Shown here: positions 27,250 to 37,433 of the stretch, one piece after another
Numbering within the stretch: the first letter of the stretch is position 1
Layout of the letters: every line of letters begins with the position of its first letter
Assembly: GCA_045615565.1 (NCBI GenBank)
Contig: JAZLFC010000009.1
Span: forward strand, 9,947-73,946
Direction of reading: 5' to 3'
Length of the DNA stretch: 64,000 nucleotides
From: Candidatus Cryptobacteroides sp.
GTDB lineage: Bacteria; Bacteroidota; Bacteroidia; Bacteroidales; UBA932
Program-made: the position numbers and the translations under genes
Notes under the pieces: generated by a model
The model's input: only the letters and a program-made list of their open reading frames with translations
The model's database searches: none
Told to the model about the DNA's origin: nothing

Positions 27250-28866
27250 TTACAAATTCACGGTAATTCCAACTGTAAAATTAATCCCTTTTTCCACATA
27301 CCCCGGCACTCTCTGGACAGACATATTCAGCAGATTGTCTCCCTTGATCCAGAACGAGAATGACTTTGTAAACTTATACTCCGCACAAGCCCCCAGGTCG
27401 ACATAGCCCCTAATCTTTCCCCTTGCCGTTGAGGCTTCGCACGAAACGCCCGCGTATATGCGTTTCATGTAATTGTATACGACCGAGATATCTCCGCTGA
27501 ACGATGGCAGGTCAAAGCAGTCGACAGGGTCCGAGAGCGACGTTTTCCTGAAGTTCACGCCTCCGGTGATATCCAGAGACTCTGATTTCCAGCTGAAATC
27601 CGCATCAGCATACAAAAGGGAGAAGTCCTTGAAAGCGACGCCTGAGGAAAAAACAGGTTCAAGCAGGACGGAAGAAAGCGGTGCATTTTCATAAAGGGCA
27701 TAACCGGCTTTGAGAGCATACTGGAAAAAGCCGCCTATGTGCCCTCTGGCACCCAGATATATGTCAAACTTGTCCACGGTAACGGCGCTGACGTCTTCAG
27801 TGTAAGAAATGTTGAATCTGTGATACGTTTCCTTGAACTCTCCGTATGAATTCATATGCTGTCCGCCGGTTATTCCGGCAAAAAAGTCCAGGCCTCCGTC
27901 CAGAAGGGAATAATCGATCTCTGCATCCGGGAAGATTCTGAAGGATCTCACGCTTCCGGCCACTGACATCTTCACTCCGGCTCTGACACGGAACTTGTTG
28001 AATGTCAAATCTCCGTGCGGGAATATCTGAAGGAAGGTGCTGCGTCCTGCAGAGATGCCGGTATACGAATCATGACGGCCGTCAACATCTATCAATATCC
28101 TGTACTTCCCTTTTATGACCGGTCCGAAAGTGGCATCAAGTCCATAAGAATGCTGGGAAGTGGCTAATGGCTCGAAATAGTGCTCAAGCATATCCAGGCC
28201 GTATCCGGCAGTAATGCCTACGTCATACAGGAAATAGGATTTTCCCTTGCCGGTGGAGCTGACATTCATTCTGACTCCTCCGGAATGATACTGCGTAGAA
28301 AGCCGTGAATCAGAGTTATAAAGTCCACGGTAGTCCACACCCCATTTGAAGTTCAACGCATCGGTGCGGAGCGAACCCTCGACGCCGAATTTTTCCGAAA
28401 AGTCATATCCGGCATACAAAGAGCCTTCAATGGGTCGCATATCATTCTTGCTCACCTGCCAGTAATCACCGTAATACCCCTGAAAGTCCTGATAAACGCT
28501 CATAGCGAAATTCTTACGCGGAGCAGTTGCGAATACAGCCTGGAGCACCGGATAAACGGTATATCCGGCTCCGGCTTTCAGGAAGAATCCGTTTCCGTCA
28601 TATTCCCGGGGTTCAGGCACCACCCTCACGACATAAGGCGTAAACTCGTAAGCCCCCATATATGGCGATTCGAACACTGAATAATCGAAGTTATAATCGA
28701 ACTTATATACTGAATCAGGGACGGAGACCGGGATATCCTGTTTTACAGCTTCAACCGCTGACGCACGGTAATCATTGGTCACCTGCACCCGGGCATCGAT
28801 ATTCTGCGCGATTGCGCACACGCCGGCCGCAAGCACGGCCGCTAACAAGCAGAGCATTCGTTTCAT
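27250..28866 (-). CDS. Outer-membrane beta-barrel protein (TonB-dependent-receptor-like), partner of the TPR gene
   Basis: Signal peptide, V.V.NDY N-terminal motif, many amphipathic strands, and C-terminal DNLLN...GINF.VGITVNL. Confidence 0.65.
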   Translation of the reverse strand: MKRMLCLLAAVLAAGVCAIAQNIDARVQVTNDYRASAVEAVKQDIPVSVPDSVYKFDYNFDYSVFESPYMGAYEFTPYVVRVVPEPREYDGNGFFLKAGAGYTVYPVLQAVFATAPRKNFAMSVYQDFQGYYGDYWQVSKNDMRPIEGSLYAGYDFSEKFGVEGSLRTDALNFKWGVDYRGLYNSDSRLSTQYHSGGVRMNVSSTGKGKSYFLYDVGITAGYGLDMLEHYFEPLATSQHSYGLDATFGPVIKGKYRILIDVDGRHDSYTGISAGRSTFLQIFPHGDLTFNKFRVRAGVKMSVAGSVRSFRIFPDAEIDYSLLDGGLDFFAGITGGQHMNSYGEFKETYHRFNISYTEDVSAVTVDKFDIYLGARGHIGGFFQYALKAGYALYENAPLSSVLLEPVFSSGVAFKDFSLLYADADFSWKSESLDITGGVNFRKTSLSDPVDCFDLPSFSGDISVVYNYMKRIYAGVSCEASTARGKIRGYVDLGACAEYKFTKSFSFWIKGDNLLNMSVQRVPGYVEKGINFTVGITVNL

Positions 28867-31775
28867 AACTTCTCGATTCTTGATTTTACTGATTCGTGAA
28901 TACCGTCATCGGCCGGTTCATACCCATCCAGGATACTTTGATAGGTAGCCTTCGCCTGCTCTTTTTGTCCTTTCTCGGCAAAGGTGTCTCCAAGTACTAC
29001 GAATGCACGGGCAAGCCAGTATGACTGGTCGCCGGAATTCTCGGCGAAGCGGTAGACTTCAGATTCGACGCCGTCGAAGTCCCCTCTGTCAAACATATCC
29101 TGAATGAACAGGTAACTTGCTTCGGCTCCTTCTGCGGTAGCAGACTGGGATTTGATATCATTGAAGACAAGATATGCCTCCGAACGCCTTGAGGTTGCCA
29201 TAAGAGATTTTGCTTTCACATATTTCGCTTCTCTGATTATATCATCTGCAAACATGCCTCCGGCAACGGCAGTGGCTGATTCTATAGCGGAATCATACTC
29301 CTTGGCTCTATAGGCGGAACGCATCATACCCAGCAGAGCCGCATCCCTGTTTACGTCGAATCTGGTCTTTTCAGACAGAAGCCTGTATCCTGAATAGGAA
29401 TCCCGGTAATGCTCGAGCGAATAGGACAGCTCCGCAAAGGCAAGCATGGCCGCCTCCATAAAAGAGTCTTCAGACGCAAGGGAGATAACTTCCGAATAGG
29501 CGTCACAGGCTTTTTCCTTCTCGTCTGCAGCCCGATATGATTCGGCAAGGTAGAAATATGCCTGAGCCCTCCTGGTGCCGTCGGGATATTCACTCAGATA
29601 TTTATCCAAAGACTGGATGGCCTGGGGGTAGTTGGACGCAAGAAACAGCTGTTCGGCTGTATTGAAATACATATTCTCCTTTTCACTCTCACTCTTGTCG
29701 GCCGCCAGAGTGTTGCTTTCGACATATTCAAGATATTTATCCGGTTTCCCAAGTTTCTGATAGATGGATTCGATGGCCATCAACGCCTCGTCGGAGTACT
29801 CGGTACCCTTCATCATAGGGACCACCTGCATATATTGCTCCAGAGCTGTTTCGTACTGCGAGCTGTTCCTGTAGACCATCCCGAGCCCGATGAGCGCTTT
29901 CGCAACATAGGTACTGTCCCTGCAGGTGTCTTTGAGCTTCGTGAACGCGGAAATGGCATCGGAAGATTTCTTGACATCCATATATGCCCGCCCCAGTTCG
30001 TAGAGAGCTTCCCCATACATCGGAGTTGCAGGATCGGCTTCCAGTACCTTGGAAAGCGCCGTCACCTTGCCGGCTTTGGAACCGCTGAGCCCGTAGGCAA
30101 GTCCCTGTTTGTAGTATGGATAGATGGAATTCGGGTCAGGGTCCGCATCTATCGCCCTCTGGAACGATTCGACCGAAGCCTTGTAATTCCCTGAAGAGAA
30201 GTCACAGTCCGCTCTCCTCACCAGAGCGTCATTGCGGAATGTCTGATTGCCTGAATCCAGATATTTGTCGAACCATTTTGCCGCGGAGGAGAAATCATTC
30301 TGCCTGTACAGACTATATGCCAGATTGTATGGGAGCATACGTCCCTCCTGCTGACTGTCAAGGGCAAGCAGATTGTAGAGATCCGTGTATATCTTTTCGG
30401 CTTCGCTGAAATTGCCGGTCTTATAATAGCACTCTGCAAGCCAGTAGCGGGACAGCTGGTTGAAACGGTCATTCTTCGACTGATAGAAGGATGCTGCGCG
30501 AAGGCAAGGAACGGCATCCCTGTACGCACCGCTCCGCATCAGCTGGATACCGCGCAGGAAATTTGCCTTCATGTAATTTCCACGCATCTCCGCATCGAGC
30601 ACGTCAATGTTGTCATAAGCCTCGACCGCGGAGGCATAGTCACGCTTTGAAAGGGCGGCCAGGGCGATATAGCCGTATATCAGTTCGCCTCTGCGGGATG
30701 TGGAATATTTTCTGATATAGGATTCGAAACCGGATGCATCCTGATTCAGGTCAAATGCCAACTTTGCATAATTCAAAAAGGCATCTTCCTGTATTTCAAG
30801 GTTATAGCCATATTCGGACGCATCCTTGAATGCATCGAGTGCGGCCACTTTGTTCTTGAGTTGAAGATAAGAGTTGGCCATCTGATAATTGGCCAGCTGG
30901 CCTATGGAGTCCGTCCTGTCTTCCATTCTCGTGAAGTTTTCGACGGCAAGAGCGAAATCATTTACGGCATAGAGCACATTGCCCGCAAAGAAATAATCCG
31001 AACGGGTCATATCCTCACGATAAGTCAGTTCATAGTAGGAGTGCGCCTTTTCCGCATCCCCCTTTACGAGATAAGACTCCGAAATCATCCTGGCCACGTG
31101 CGACTTCCTTTCTCCGGGCACTTTCTCATAAAGTTTCTCACCGGATCGGATTACGTAATCATAATCCTTCAGCATGAAATGACTCTCGATGAGATAATAA
31201 TTCGAAAGCTCCTCGAAGCGCGGGTCGGTCGCAGACATCTCAAGCCATTTTATCGCCGATTCGAAATCATTTTCCGAATAGTCCATGAAGCCCATCGCGT
31301 AACGGGCCGGAGCGCTGAGTTCCGTGAAACCCAAGCCTTCAAGCCTCAGGAAATACTCCCTGGCCTCATCATAACGGCCCAGGGCATAATGACAATATCC
31401 GTTCTTGAATACATAAGGAACTTTCTGGTCTGAATACAGGAACGCCTCCCTGACGCGACCGAACCTTTCAAGCGACTCTCCGTAAACCTGGGAATCAAAC
31501 AGATTGGACGCATATTCGAAATTGATCCTGTCCGTCAACGAAGACCTGCGGTATTTCTTCTCATAAGAAGCAAGGAGATTTTCCGAATCGGCAGAATCCA
31601 TCTTCAGGGCGCACAGCAGCTGATAGCCGTCAGTCAGGGCATTGTCAGGAAGGCTGGCGAATATCTCATCCGCACGTTCATACATACCGGCATTATACAG
31701 TTCCAGAGCCTGCCTGTATTGAGACGGCAGCCCAAGTGAAACGGAAAGAATAAAAACAGCTATTCTGACTCCCAT
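28863..31775 (-). CDS. Large tetratricopeptide-repeat envelope protein
   Basis: 970 aa of tandem helical repeats (YxxAxxYY...A...F) with a hydrophobic N-terminus; ATGA-coupled to the barrel gene. Confidence 0.88.
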   Translation of the reverse strand: MGVRIAVFILSVSLGLPSQYRQALELYNAGMYERADEIFASLPDNALTDGYQLLCALKMDSADSENLLASYEKKYRRSSLTDRINFEYASNLFDSQVYGESLERFGRVREAFLYSDQKVPYVFKNGYCHYALGRYDEAREYFLRLEGLGFTELSAPARYAMGFMDYSENDFESAIKWLEMSATDPRFEELSNYYLIESHFMLKDYDYVIRSGEKLYEKVPGERKSHVARMISESYLVKGDAEKAHSYYELTYREDMTRSDYFFAGNVLYAVNDFALAVENFTRMEDRTDSIGQLANYQMANSYLQLKNKVAALDAFKDASEYGYNLEIQEDAFLNYAKLAFDLNQDASGFESYIRKYSTSRRGELIYGYIALAALSKRDYASAVEAYDNIDVLDAEMRGNYMKANFLRGIQLMRSGAYRDAVPCLRAASFYQSKNDRFNQLSRYWLAECYYKTGNFSEAEKIYTDLYNLLALDSQQEGRMLPYNLAYSLYRQNDFSSAAKWFDKYLDSGNQTFRNDALVRRADCDFSSGNYKASVESFQRAIDADPDPNSIYPYYKQGLAYGLSGSKAGKVTALSKVLEADPATPMYGEALYELGRAYMDVKKSSDAISAFTKLKDTCRDSTYVAKALIGLGMVYRNSSQYETALEQYMQVVPMMKGTEYSDEALMAIESIYQKLGKPDKYLEYVESNTLAADKSESEKENMYFNTAEQLFLASNYPQAIQSLDKYLSEYPDGTRRAQAYFYLAESYRAADEKEKACDAYSEVISLASEDSFMEAAMLAFAELSYSLEHYRDSYSGYRLLSEKTRFDVNRDAALLGMMRSAYRAKEYDSAIESATAVAGGMFADDIIREAKYVKAKSLMATSRRSEAYLVFNDIKSQSATAEGAEASYLFIQDMFDRGDFDGVESEVYRFAENSGDQSYWLARAFVVLGDTFAEKGQKEQAKATYQSILDGYEPADDGIHESVKSRIEKL

Positions 31776-31798
31776 AGTTCAATGTGTTAGCAATCTTA

Positions 31799-31828
31799 CA
31801 AATTTACTCAAAATTCTCTCTATATTTG
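31799..31828. promoter_or_regulatory. Back-to-back -7 boxes for TPR (minus, 31799-31806) and ftsE (plus, 31821-31828)
   Basis: TAAATTTG (minus) and TATATTTG (plus). Confidence 0.6.
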
Positions 31829-31858
31829 CAGTACGGAAGGACAAAAAATCAACAATTT

Positions 31859-32557
31859 ATGAGCCAGATCATTTCTTTCAAAAACGCGGATATCGTAAAT
31901 GGGGAAAACGTTGTCATTTATGACCTGAATATGGAAATCAACAGCGGTGACGTGGCTTATATCGTCGGCAAGGTCGGCACCGGAAAGACATCCATAATCC
32001 GTACCATAATAGCAGAAAACCGCCTCAACAAGGGCGAAGGCACAGTATGCGGATACGACCTCCGCACTATCACCGAAAAAGAAATTCCCTTCCTGAGAAG
32101 GAAATTGGGCATAGTGTTTCAGGATTTCCAACTGCTTATGGACAGAAACGTATCGGACAATCTGGAATTCGTACTGAGGGCAACCGGATGGAAAGAAGGT
32201 TTCAACAAAAAGATTGTCGAGGTACTGGACGCAGTGGGAATAGGTCACAAGCTCCATAAAATGCCTCACCAGCTGTCAGGCGGAGAGCAGCAGAGAGTAG
32301 CAATAGCACGTGCATTGCTGAATAACCCCGAAGCGATAATCGCCGACGAGCCTACAGGAAATCTGGATGTGGAAACAGCGGAGGGGATACTTCAGCTGCT
32401 TTCAAAAATCAACAAGGAAAACGGCACTGCCATCGTTATGGTCACGCACAACCGCTCCATAGTCGAAGAATATCCGGGCAGGGTTTTCCTATGCCGCGAA
32501 GAAGCGTGCACGGAGCTCCACGACGACAAAGTGATAGACCTCTCCATCACCGTCTGA
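31859..32557 (+). CDS. ftsE: Cell-division ATP-binding protein FtsE-like
   Basis: [31 protein letters not shown] and ADEPTGNLD. Start at ATG 31859; no ftsX adjacent. Confidence 0.8.
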   Translation: MSQIISFKNADIVNGENVVIYDLNMEINSGDVAYIVGKVGTGKTSIIRTIIAENRLNKGEGTVCGYDLRTITEKEIPFLRRKLGIVFQDFQLLMDRNVSDNLEFVLRATGWKEGFNKKIVEVLDAVGIGHKLHKMPHQLSGGEQQRVAIARALLNNPEAIIADEPTGNLDVETAEGILQLLSKINKENGTAIVMVTHNRSIVEEYPGRVFLCREEACTELHDDKVIDLSITV

Positions 32558-33176
32558 CAACAGTGCAGAACCGGGTCAGAGGACAGACATCACAATGCGG
32601 TTTCTGCGCAGTGCAGGTGTACCTTCCGAACAGCATCAGCCAATGATGGCATATCGGGCGCAGACGCTCGGGGACATACTTTTCCAAATCCTTTTCGACA
32701 GCCTCGGGATTCTTTCCCGACGAAAGGCCAAGACGGTGCGCGACACGGAACACGTGTGTATCCACGGCAATCACGGGAACGTTGTAGATTATCGAGGCGA
32801 CAACGTTTGCCGTCTTTCTGCCCACTCCCGGCAGACTCATAAGGGAGTCCACGTCAGAAGGCACTTCCCCGCCGAACCTCTCAGTCAGAGCCCCGGCCAT
32901 TGAGACAAGATGCTCGGCTTTGCTGTTAGGATATGAAATCGAACGGATGAGAGTATGCACCTGTCCTGCAGAAGCACGCGAAAGTGCTTCAGGTGTCGGA
33001 TATGCAGCGAACAGTGCCGGCGTCACAAGATTCACTCTTCTGTCAGTGCACTGAGCGGAAAGCAGCACTGCCACCAGCAGCTGGAACGCATCCGCGAAAT
33101 TCAATTCGCTCTCAGCCACCGGAACGTCAGTCTCAAAATAAGCGAGAACTCCGGAATATCTTTCCTTAACAGTCAA
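32547..33176 (-). CDS. nth: Endonuclease III
   Basis: LSAQCTD, HhH motif LPGVGRKTANV, VDTHV and 4Fe-4S motif C-x6-C-x2-C-x5-C. Confidence 0.95.
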   Translation of the reverse strand: MTVKERYSGVLAYFETDVPVAESELNFADAFQLLVAVLLSAQCTDRRVNLVTPALFAAYPTPEALSRASAGQVHTLIRSISYPNSKAEHLVSMAGALTERFGGEVPSDVDSLMSLPGVGRKTANVVASIIYNVPVIAVDTHVFRVAHRLGLSSGKNPEAVEKDLEKYVPERLRPICHHWLMLFGRYTCTAQKPHCDVCPLTRFCTVVRR

Positions 33177-34838
33177 CTATTTGACAAATTGTTCCTTCAG
33201 ACGACCTATCTTCTCGTCAGCGTCAGGTCCTTTTGCACCGAAATAGAACTTTATCTTCGGTTCCGTGCCCGAAGGTCTTACAGATACCACGTCCCCTTCC
33301 TCATCAAAGAACTGAAGCACATTTGAAGACGGCTGCCCGGTCTTTTCCGGTTCAAGATAGTCGATAACCTTCACTACAGGAGAGCCGCAAAGTTTCTCAG
33401 GAGGAGTCCGGCGCATGTCAGACATTATTTTCTGTATCTCCGCCGCACCGCTCACGCCCTTTCTTACAAGAGAGGTGAGTCCTTCCTTGCGATAGCCGTA
33501 CTGCGAATAGATCTTCTGCATCAGCTGATACAGGGTCATTCCGTTGTCGGCAGCCCAGGCGGCACACTCTGCGAGTATCATGCAGCTTACCTGCGCATCC
33601 TTGTCACGGACGAACTGGCCCACGTTGAAGCCATAGCTCTCCTCACCTCCGCAGATGAATTCACCGTCGTTCTCGTGTCTCTTGACAACCTCGGCAATAT
33701 ACTTGAAACCGGTAAGAACGTTATATACCGGCACATTGAAGCTCTTGCAGATATCGGCAATGAGTTCCGTAGTCACGATAGTCTTGACAACGTACTTTCC
33801 ATCTCCAAGCTTGCCCAACTCCTTCCATCTGGCAAGGATGTAATATGTCATCATCGATGCCGTCTGATTGCCGTTGAACAGCACCATCTTTCCGTCATTG
33901 TCCCTGACGGCGATACCCATTCTGTCTGCATCAGGATCGGTTCCGATAACAATGTCGGCACCTGTCTCGTCAGCCTTGCGCAGGGCAAGTTCAAGGGCGG
34001 CGGGTTCTTCAGGGTTCGGAGATACCACGGTAGGGAAATCGCCGTCGTTCACGTCCTGCTCGGGAACGTGGATAATGTTTCTGAAGCCTATCCCGGCCAG
34101 GATTTCAGGCACAAGCCTGACACCGCAGCCGTGAAGCGGGGTATAGACGATTTTCAAGTCTCCGTGACGCCTGCATGCTTCCGGGCTGAGAGACAGTGAA
34201 ATAAGATCCTTGAGATAGGATTCGTCCACTTCCCTGCCCATAATTTCGATTCTGCCGGCATTTTCACCCGGAATGAACCTGACCTCTGACGGGTCCTTTA
34301 TCTCAGCCACTTCGGCAACAATATCCTTGTCAACGGGAGAAGTGACCTGCCCGCCGTCGGACCAGGAAACCTTATATCCGTTGTACTCCTTCGGATTGTG
34401 CGAAGCGGTTATCATAATGCCCGCCACCGCACCTTTCAGCCGGATGGAATAGCTCATCTCCGGCGTCGGACGTATGTCGTCGAAAATATATACGTCAATG
34501 CCGTTTGCCGACATCACGTCAGCCGCTATTTTCGCAAAATCACGGCTGTTGTTCCTGCTGTCGAAGGAGATGCACACGCTCGGTTTCTGAACGTCCGCGT
34601 GCTTGCGTATATAATTCGCAAGTCCCTGCGTGGCCATTCCGACAGTGTATTTGTTCATTCTGTTCGTCCCCACTCCCATCACGCCCCTGAGTCCTCCCGT
34701 ACCGAATTCGAGCGTCCTGTAGAACGCATCCTCGAGTGCTGCGGCGTCATTTTCCATCATACGGCGGACCTCGCATCTGGTTTCTTCATCGAATCCCTCT
34801 CCAAGCCAGCTTGCGGCATTAATTTCGTATTCTTTCAT
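33177..34838 (-). CDS. pgm: Phosphoglucomutase/phosphomannomutase
   Basis: FGTGGLRG, ITASHNP, DPDADR, GGEESYG and RPSGTEPKIK motifs. Confidence 0.9.
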   Translation of the reverse strand: MKEYEINAASWLGEGFDEETRCEVRRMMENDAAALEDAFYRTLEFGTGGLRGVMGVGTNRMNKYTVGMATQGLANYIRKHADVQKPSVCISFDSRNNSRDFAKIAADVMSANGIDVYIFDDIRPTPEMSYSIRLKGAVAGIMITASHNPKEYNGYKVSWSDGGQVTSPVDKDIVAEVAEIKDPSEVRFIPGENAGRIEIMGREVDESYLKDLISLSLSPEACRRHGDLKIVYTPLHGCGVRLVPEILAGIGFRNIIHVPEQDVNDGDFPTVVSPNPEEPAALELALRKADETGADIVIGTDPDADRMGIAVRDNDGKMVLFNGNQTASMMTYYILARWKELGKLGDGKYVVKTIVTTELIADICKSFNVPVYNVLTGFKYIAEVVKRHENDGEFICGGEESYGFNVGQFVRDKDAQVSCMILAECAAWAADNGMTLYQLMQKIYSQYGYRKEGLTSLVRKGVSGAAEIQKIMSDMRRTPPEKLCGSPVVKVIDYLEPEKTGQPSSNVLQFFDEEGDVVSVRPSGTEPKIKFYFGAKGPDADEKIGRLKEQFVK

Positions 34839-34843
34839 ATCAA

Positions 34844-35740
34844 TTAGAATTTATAATTCAAGCCTATGCTTGCAGTACCGTTCAGAGGATTGTCACTGAA
34901 AAGGTATGCAAGGTTCAACTGGATTCCGGCCACCTTCACGCCCAGTCCGGCCGAAGCAAAACTTTCCAGAGGCGTTCCTTTGCCCATATTGTATCCGACT
35001 CCGGCGGTGACGATATCCTTGAATGTATATGACACAGCGGCTGCCAGTCTGATTCCTCCGAAGAAATAATAATCCCCCTCAGCCTCGGCCGTGATGCCTT
35101 TATGCTTGAACGAAGCGCAGATGAGAGCGGATGACGGGAGATCATATTTTCCGGACAGCTTGGGGCCGATATTCGCGACACCGGCAACAACGCCGAACGG
35201 TCCGAAGCTGGCGGCGGCGGTCACGTCGGAGGCGAATGCATCATAATCCTGCCCAAGATAAAAGTTGCTTCTCAGGTACTTGGCTTTCGCGGATACTTCA
35301 ACGTTCGGAAGTACGAGGAAGTCCACTCCCAGACCGAGACTCAAATTGGAAGGCCTGTACCGGCCGTTCCGCAGGAAATCACCATTCTCATCAGTCGGCA
35401 CGGTGCTTTTCATCCTGTCGATGTGCATATCCACGGACGCACCGATGAAATTCCTTGATTTGTAACGTATTATGACATTTACCGGGGATGTCGCCACGGA
35501 GGCGGTCCTCTCCCACATTGAATAAGAAACGTTCAGCTCCACCCTCCCGGTATCCCGGAGGAAAAAGTCAGCGCCTTCAAACGCCTCGATTCCTGCCATA
35601 CCGGTGGCTGCGGCGGTACGCGGCTGGCAGACAAACTGCATGGCCGTATTGCCGACGCCCTGAGGAACCACCTTCTCCTGTGCAGGGACAAAGGACGAAA
35701 GCGTCACGAACAATGACAATACTGTGATGAGCCTTTTCAT
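34844..35740 (-). CDS. PorV/PorQ-family outer-membrane barrel (T9SS accessory)
   Basis: Signal peptide, F...P..AA.GMAG N-terminal motif, about 14 amphipathic strands and terminal Phe. ATGA-coupled to a CTD-bearing protease. Confidence 0.65.
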   Translation of the reverse strand: MKRLITVLSLFVTLSSFVPAQEKVVPQGVGNTAMQFVCQPRTAAATGMAGIEAFEGADFFLRDTGRVELNVSYSMWERTASVATSPVNVIIRYKSRNFIGASVDMHIDRMKSTVPTDENGDFLRNGRYRPSNLSLGLGVDFLVLPNVEVSAKAKYLRSNFYLGQDYDAFASDVTAAASFGPFGVVAGVANIGPKLSGKYDLPSSALICASFKHKGITAEAEGDYYFFGGIRLAAAVSYTFKDIVTAGVGYNMGKGTPLESFASAGLGVKVAGIQLNLAYLFSDNPLNGTASIGLNYKF

Positions 35741-37386
35741 TTCTTGACAAAACTGTTTTTATATTCCACCCCGTCAATGTGCACAACCAGATTGTAAACT
35801 CCCGGAATACAAGCTGAGACATCCAGCCTTGCAGGGGAAGACTTCGAAGCATTGACAGAGGTTGAAAAGACAAGAGAGCCCGCTGCAGTATAAATTTCAA
35901 TGTCCATCCTGCAATCCTTCTTCGGCTGGAGGAAAAGGATATCGGAAACAGGATTCGGATATATCCTGAGGTCGTATTCCAATCCGGATGCAAGAGAGCC
36001 GTAGGCACTGACAAGAGGTCCTATCTTCTGGTCAGGGGTAACCGATACAGCATCAGCTCCCTTTAGCAGCAGGCTCTTAAGCGAATCCACAGTGAAACCC
36101 TCGCCTCCGTACTGCGAAACGATAAGCGCCGCAACGCCGCTTACGTTCGGAGCAGCCATCGAAGATCCGTCCGAATATGCGTAGCAATGACCTTTATCCG
36201 CGTCATAATACGTGCTGAGGATGCCGTATTTATCCCCGCCTTCCATTTCTCCTCCCGGAGCGCAAATATCCACCCAACTTCCGGAATTACTGTACTTTGC
36301 CTTGACATTGTCCTTGTTCACGGAACCCACCGCGAACACAGGGTCATATTCTCCCGGCCAGCCGTGCGACCAGCCGTCATTTCCGGCGGCAAAGACTACC
36401 AGCCCTCCCTTCATCGGGCTGTCAGGCAACTGGTTGCCTTCATTGTCGCAACCCGCATATCTTATGAAATAATCGATGGCGGCCTTGTCGGCCTCTGTAA
36501 CCCATCCGCGTGCAGCATCGTCCTCGGAATCGTATTCATAGGACCAGCTGTTGTTTGCTATGACCGCGCCGTTGTCAGCAGCCCACTGGATTGCCGCAGC
36601 AGTATTGCCGGATGCGCCGGTGGTATCATCATCGGGAAGGAACACCTGACAGGACATCAGCCTGACACCTCCCTCACCGTCATCACCCCCGGCGATACCG
36701 CAGACACCCTCGGCGTTATTGTTGACAGCGCCTATGATGCCCGCCACGTGGGTACCGTGTCCGACAGGAGTAATCGTGTCAGGGGACATACCCTCTATGA
36801 AGCACCTGCTGCCTTTCTCTCCGGGGGCAAGCACGGCTTTTGACAAATCCGGATGCAGCAGGTCGATGCCACCGTCAATCACGGCGACAGTCACTTTACT
36901 GTCTCCGGCGTTAAACTCTTCCCAAGCCCGTCGCACGCTGCCGCCCTCAGCCAGATACCACTGGTCCGCCAGCATAGGATCGTTGAATGCGCCTGCATCC
37001 ATTTTCCGGGCTACAGGTTTTTCCCAATATTCAACTATAGAAGGAGGCAATCCGGCTCTTGTCAACGCAAAATCGGGAGCTTTCCCGTCAAACCTGAGAT
37101 TATACCACTTGTGCAGTCCGGAAGCCCTCTGGCGTGATTCAAACCTTCCGCCAACCACGAACACCGGGGTTGCTTCGACGACTCCGACTCGGACGAGTTC
37201 ATCCGGAAGGCCGGACGGCACCGACAGAGCCGCATCATCGGAAAGCCTCACTGTCAGGATATCCGTATTGAGTACCGGAAGCACGCTGTCACCCCTGAAA
37301 GCCGTTGTCTGGGGAGCATCCTTGGAACAGCTGCAAAGTGCGACCGCCATCAGAAGTAATATTCTGCCGTATGGTTTCTTCAACAT
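35737..37386 (-). CDS. Subtilisin-like S8 protease with lipoprotein signal and T9SS type-A CTD
   Basis: LCSC lipobox, GLHKWY prodomain, catalytic VIDGG / HGTHVAG / GSSMAAP, and CTD IYPNP...GVYNL...KNSFVKK. Start at ATG 37386, 6 nt below TAACTTTG. Confidence 0.9.
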   Translation of the reverse strand: MLKKPYGRILLLMAVALCSCSKDAPQTTAFRGDSVLPVLNTDILTVRLSDDAALSVPSGLPDELVRVGVVEATPVFVVGGRFESRQRASGLHKWYNLRFDGKAPDFALTRAGLPPSIVEYWEKPVARKMDAGAFNDPMLADQWYLAEGGSVRRAWEEFNAGDSKVTVAVIDGGIDLLHPDLSKAVLAPGEKGSRCFIEGMSPDTITPVGHGTHVAGIIGAVNNNAEGVCGIAGGDDGEGGVRLMSCQVFLPDDDTTGASGNTAAAIQWAADNGAVIANNSWSYEYDSEDDAARGWVTEADKAAIDYFIRYAGCDNEGNQLPDSPMKGGLVVFAAGNDGWSHGWPGEYDPVFAVGSVNKDNVKAKYSNSGSWVDICAPGGEMEGGDKYGILSTYYDADKGHCYAYSDGSSMAAPNVSGVAALIVSQYGGEGFTVDSLKSLLLKGADAVSVTPDQKIGPLVSAYGSLASGLEYDLRIYPNPVSDILFLQPKKDCRMDIEIYTAAGSLVFSTSVNASKSSPARLDVSACIPGVYNLVVHIDGVEYKNSFVKK

Positions 37387-37433
37387 ATCATCCAAAGTTA
37401 AGAAATATTAAGATAAAGACCTATTTTTGCAGT

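Noticed and set aside
37305-37433. Upstream extensions given by the ORF track (also 16385, 17000, 25304, 31784, 46998, 48443, 50563, 53146, 60509)
   Set aside because: They run through promoter boxes or into neighbouring genes, so I used the downstream starts.
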